A program made the position numbers and the translations under genes. This document shows positions 63,496-64,000 of a DNA stretch of 64,000 nt, in pieces. Origin of the DNA: Octopus sinensis (lineage: Eukaryota); contig NC_043000.1 of assembly GCF_006345805.1 (NCBI RefSeq), forward strand, positions 5,766,001-5,830,000. Reading direction: 5' to 3'. Each line of letters starts with the position of its first letter. Position 1 is the first letter of the stretch. A model generated the notes under the pieces. That model ran no database searches, was not told the DNA's origin, and was given only the letters and a program-made list of their open reading frames with translations.

Positions 63496-64000
63496 CACCG
63501 TAAATCTTCGAGTATATTCCGTATTTTCCCCCAAAATTTAAAGGTCAAAATCCCTAGTGCGTACTATATACAAGGTTAAAAATGAAAAATATTTTCTAAG
63601 CAATGTCCGAGTCACTATTTGCTGTCCGGCAATGTTTATTCAGACACATTTTGTGATGTCGGGCGCGAAAATACCTTAAGCTAAGCCTGAAAGCAATGAA
63701 GTCATAAAAGAATCATCCATAACTTGCAGTAAGCAACATTTATTAAAATAAAAGTATTCAGAACACAGAATAACATGTAACAAAAACAATTTGCAAACAT
63801 ATTTACATTCCCATACAACAGTTAAGAACATCACCATTATTGTATTACGCATGCGCGGAAGTGTTTGTTCGACTAGGTGCTGCTGGCTTAATTATGCACG
63901 ACTCAAGTTAGAGAAGGAGTGCATATTATACACAAAGTTTAGGTTTTTCAGAAGTACAGCCCCTTAAAAATTCCCTGCGTATTATACTCAAGGGAGGACT
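63496..64000. mobile_element. Tc1/mariner-superfamily (pogo/Tc2-like) non-autonomous element running off the window end
   Basis: Left end CACCGTAAATCTTCGAGTATATTCCG; the window ends in TATTATACTCAAGGGAGGACT, consistent with the start of a sub-terminal inverted repeat. Confidence 0.55.

Overview
Eukaryotic, AT-rich, microsatellite-dense 64 kb window made almost entirely of transposable-element debris. I recognise no intact host gene, rRNA, true tRNA or CRISPR array. The SINE families and simple-repeat load suggest a cephalopod (Octopus-like) genome; this is an inference and was not searched. Contents: (1) at least 8 fragments of R4/Dong-clade non-LTR retrotransposons (restriction-like endonuclease), mostly abutting (TAA)n; (2) RTE and CR1/L2-group LINE relics; (3) two kinds of Penelope-like element (Neptune-like RT+GIY-YIG, Naiad/Chlamys-like RT); (4) three mariner relics, one full length; (5) Helitron-like elements and MITEs; (6) dozens of tRNA-derived SINE copies from three or more families, often nested or tandem. 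The most notable signal, invisible in the ORF track, is a set of type I hammerhead ribozyme motifs from five distinct sequence families: a tandem ~205-215 bp retrozyme-like array (12.5-13.1 kb), a tRNA-headed SINE-like element in a head-to-head pair (20.1-21.3 kb), an extended hammerhead in an inverted pair (53.0-53.4 kb), and two degenerate singles (43.2 and 45.4 kb). All have minimal or palindromic helix III. All folds were done by eye, and coordinates of degenerate elements are approximate.
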